Origin: Saccostrea cucullata
Taxonomy: Eukaryota
Reading direction: 5' to 3'
Assembly: GCF_032062105.1 (NCBI RefSeq)
Contig: NW_026928165.1
Span: 62,001 to 126,000, forward strand
Length of the DNA stretch: 64,000 nucleotides
Shown here: piece by piece, positions 63,222 through 64,000 of the stretch
Numbering within the stretch: position 1 is the first letter of the stretch
Layout of the letters: each line of letters opens with the position of its first letter
Made by a program: the position numbers and the translations under genes
Notes under the pieces: model-generated
The model's input: the letters and a program-made list of their open reading frames with translations, nothing else
What the model was told of the DNA's origin: nothing
The model's database searches: none

Positions 63222-63468
63222 TTAAACCAATGTTCTAGCAATTTGTCTTTCTGACGTAGCGCAAGTAGTCACTTCCTTTATGATCCGATGTCCAACATGG
63301 TAGACGTTGCTGTAAATTAATTCTTTGCCATCGAAGTTGTAGTAAATCTCTCTGATGAATGGAGTTTTTGTATCTTCCTTTGACCGCGATGATAGTCCAG
63401 TGGCGTATCTACCGATGCGGTTACCACGATTATTCAGCCTCTCATTATCTCTTGTGTTCGGTTTCGGT
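63222..63468 (-). CDS. Probable terminal coding exon of an unidentified gene (81 aa + stop)
   Basis: Acceptor CTACTTTTACAG followed by an open frame PKPNTRDNERLNN...REIYYNFDGKELIYSNVYHV...ARTLV*. Confidence 0.5.
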
Positions 63469-64000
63469 CTGTAAAAGTAGATAAAATAATGATCCGAGTA
63501 GTACCATTAGTTTTCCGGGATTAAATTGTCCTTCCCGCCAAGTTCCGCGATGAACAGGGGTTTATAGATTGGGCAGTCAGTGTTAATTAAGGTTCATGTG
63601 TTCAACATGAAAGTCTATAAAACGGAGTACATGTATGTCACAGTATTTGAAGTTTATTATATTGTAGATAAAGAACTGGAAACAAGCGACAAATATTTCA
63701 AATAGAAAATTCGTTTTAGATTATATTATTTTAAAAGCAGGGATCCAGACTGTACTCTAGATTGAAATAAGATAAAATAGATTTTTTTTAAAGAATGAAA
63801 TTGAAAGAGCAGTTTAAGACTGTCAAAGAAGAATACAGATTCACAATATTTAGATTTGATGAAAAAAAAAATAATCAAGCAATTTAGGTTATCGAATATT
63901 TAAAACTTGTGTTTCACATGTAAATTGAGATATTCGTTAAAAATATAATTGCAAAACTTTATTTTACACTTCTTGCCAAATTTCATGAAAATCAACAATA

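Overview
AT-rich eukaryotic genomic DNA, most likely a bivalve (oyster-type Helentron/HINE, SINE and Penelope-like repeats). From left to right: a young 5'-truncated CR1/L2-group LINE with target-site duplication (TSD); a two-exon Snail-family zinc-finger gene (- strand) with no SNAG peptide but an eh1-like motif, surrounded by a dense array of Snail-type RCAGGTG E-boxes; a 6.7-kb tandem array of ~382-bp units; a near-intact Ngaro-type tyrosine-recombinase retrotransposon (gag, RT/RNase H, YR, SGNH hydrolase, A1..B1A2..B2 repeats); a multi-exon ANKRD27/VARP gene (+ strand) with many intronic TEs and an odd 3' end; a Transib/RAG-like long-TIR element nested in another repeat; and the last coding exon of an unidentified - strand gene. 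The best novel-system candidate is the tandem array. Each unit reads on + as splice acceptor, 38-nt non-coding micro-exon, splice donor, an 87-nt hairpin that starts at the donor, an intronic antisense copy of the exon and a SINE tail, resembling a C19MC-like intronic hairpin/miRNA cluster. This is inferred from sequence alone and has no expression support.
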